NCBI GenBank assembly: GCA_017456005.1
Contig: JAFTLJ010000014.1
Location: 17,310 to 81,309, forward strand
Reading direction: 5' to 3'
DNA from: Clostridia bacterium
Lineage (GTDB): Bacteria > Bacillota > Clostridia > Oscillospirales > CAG-272
Length of the DNA: 64,000 bases
Shown: piece after piece, positions 63,746-64,000 of the stretch
How positions within the stretch are numbered: position 1 is the first letter of the stretch
Layout of the letters: each line of letters begins with the position of its first letter
Program-made: the position numbers and the translations under genes
Notes under the pieces: generated by a model
Told to the model about the DNA's origin: nothing
Seen by the model: only the letters and a program-made list of their open reading frames with translations
Database searches by the model: none

Positions 63746-64000
63746 GGTTTTAAATTCTCTTGATACATTTATGGTAAACTCTGCGCTTTCTCCTGCTACG
63801 CGAATTTCAAATTCTTTTCCTTTTGCGTTATTTACGGTATAACTTGATTTTTCAGTCACACTGAAATCATGGATAATATCCAAATTTTCATCTAACAACA
63901 CAATCCTCACATTCCCTTTGGTGCGAGCACATTCAACAGTAAATGTAATGGTTTCCGCTGTTCCATATGTTAATTGCAGAAGAGAAACGCCCGAAAGCGG
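63740..64000 (-). CDS. 3' end of a hypothetical protein (5' part lies outside the window)
   Basis: Hand translation of the minus strand stays open to the window edge. It ends ...GKEFEIRVAGESAEFTINVSREFKTE-stop at 63740-63742. The ORF is not in the supplied track. Confidence 0.35.
   Translation of the reverse strand, partial: PLSGVSLLQLTYGTAETITFTVECARTKGNVRIVLLDENLDIIHDFSVTEKSSYTVNNAKGKEFEIRVAGESAEFTINVSREFKTE

Overview
This is a Clostridia-type (spore-forming Firmicute) chromosomal window with about 60 credible genes.

Left flank:
- ilvB-ilvN-ilvC operon (minus strand), preceded by a promoter, a leader peptide and a terminator.
- degV and an aldose-1-epimerase-like gene.
- A 1.2-kb membrane-protein cassette bracketed by inverted repeats.
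- A CaCA antiporter and an XRE regulator.

Centre (9627-43252): a 33,626-bp integrative mobilizable element sits inside the sporulation regulator gene spoVT.
- spoVT codons 1-33 lie at 43351-43253 and codons 34-183 at 9626-9174, both on the minus strand.
- Both junctions carry the same 9-bp core. Joining the element ends rebuilds a 48-bp attP with perfect 10-bp inverted arms.
- Mobility arm: a large serine recombinase (read in frame into the spoVT 3' part), an AlbA_2/HATPase protein, a class II Fic protein, MobC plus a relaxase with a Sel1-repeat tail and a second internal reading frame, a candidate oriT, and a P-loop replication-type protein.
- Cargo arm: a roughly 23-kb Wzx/Wzy polysaccharide locus. 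It encodes a phosphoglycosyl transferase, 6 glycosyltransferases, 2 O-acetyltransferases, a pyruvyl transferase and a nitroreductase. It also has sugar-salvage genes: fkp, fucU, a GHMP kinase, a nucleotidyltransferase and a UDP-GlcA-4-epimerase-like gene.

Right flank: hypothetical genes, an ECF-like sigma factor with a long extension, a split TSUP transporter, ftsK/spoIIIE, a dTMP-kinase-like gene, GNAT, DJ-1, 5-FCL, a CPBP protease, mltG, a U32 peptidase, pgk, tpiA, an EEP hydrolase, a beta-CASP MBL hydrolase and alr.

Two dispersed structured repeat families occupy intergenic regions. One of them carries its own promoter and a nearly invariant 108-nt core upstream of two unrelated genes.

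No rRNA, tRNA or CRISPR array was recognised. All homology calls come from reading the translations; no database search was run.
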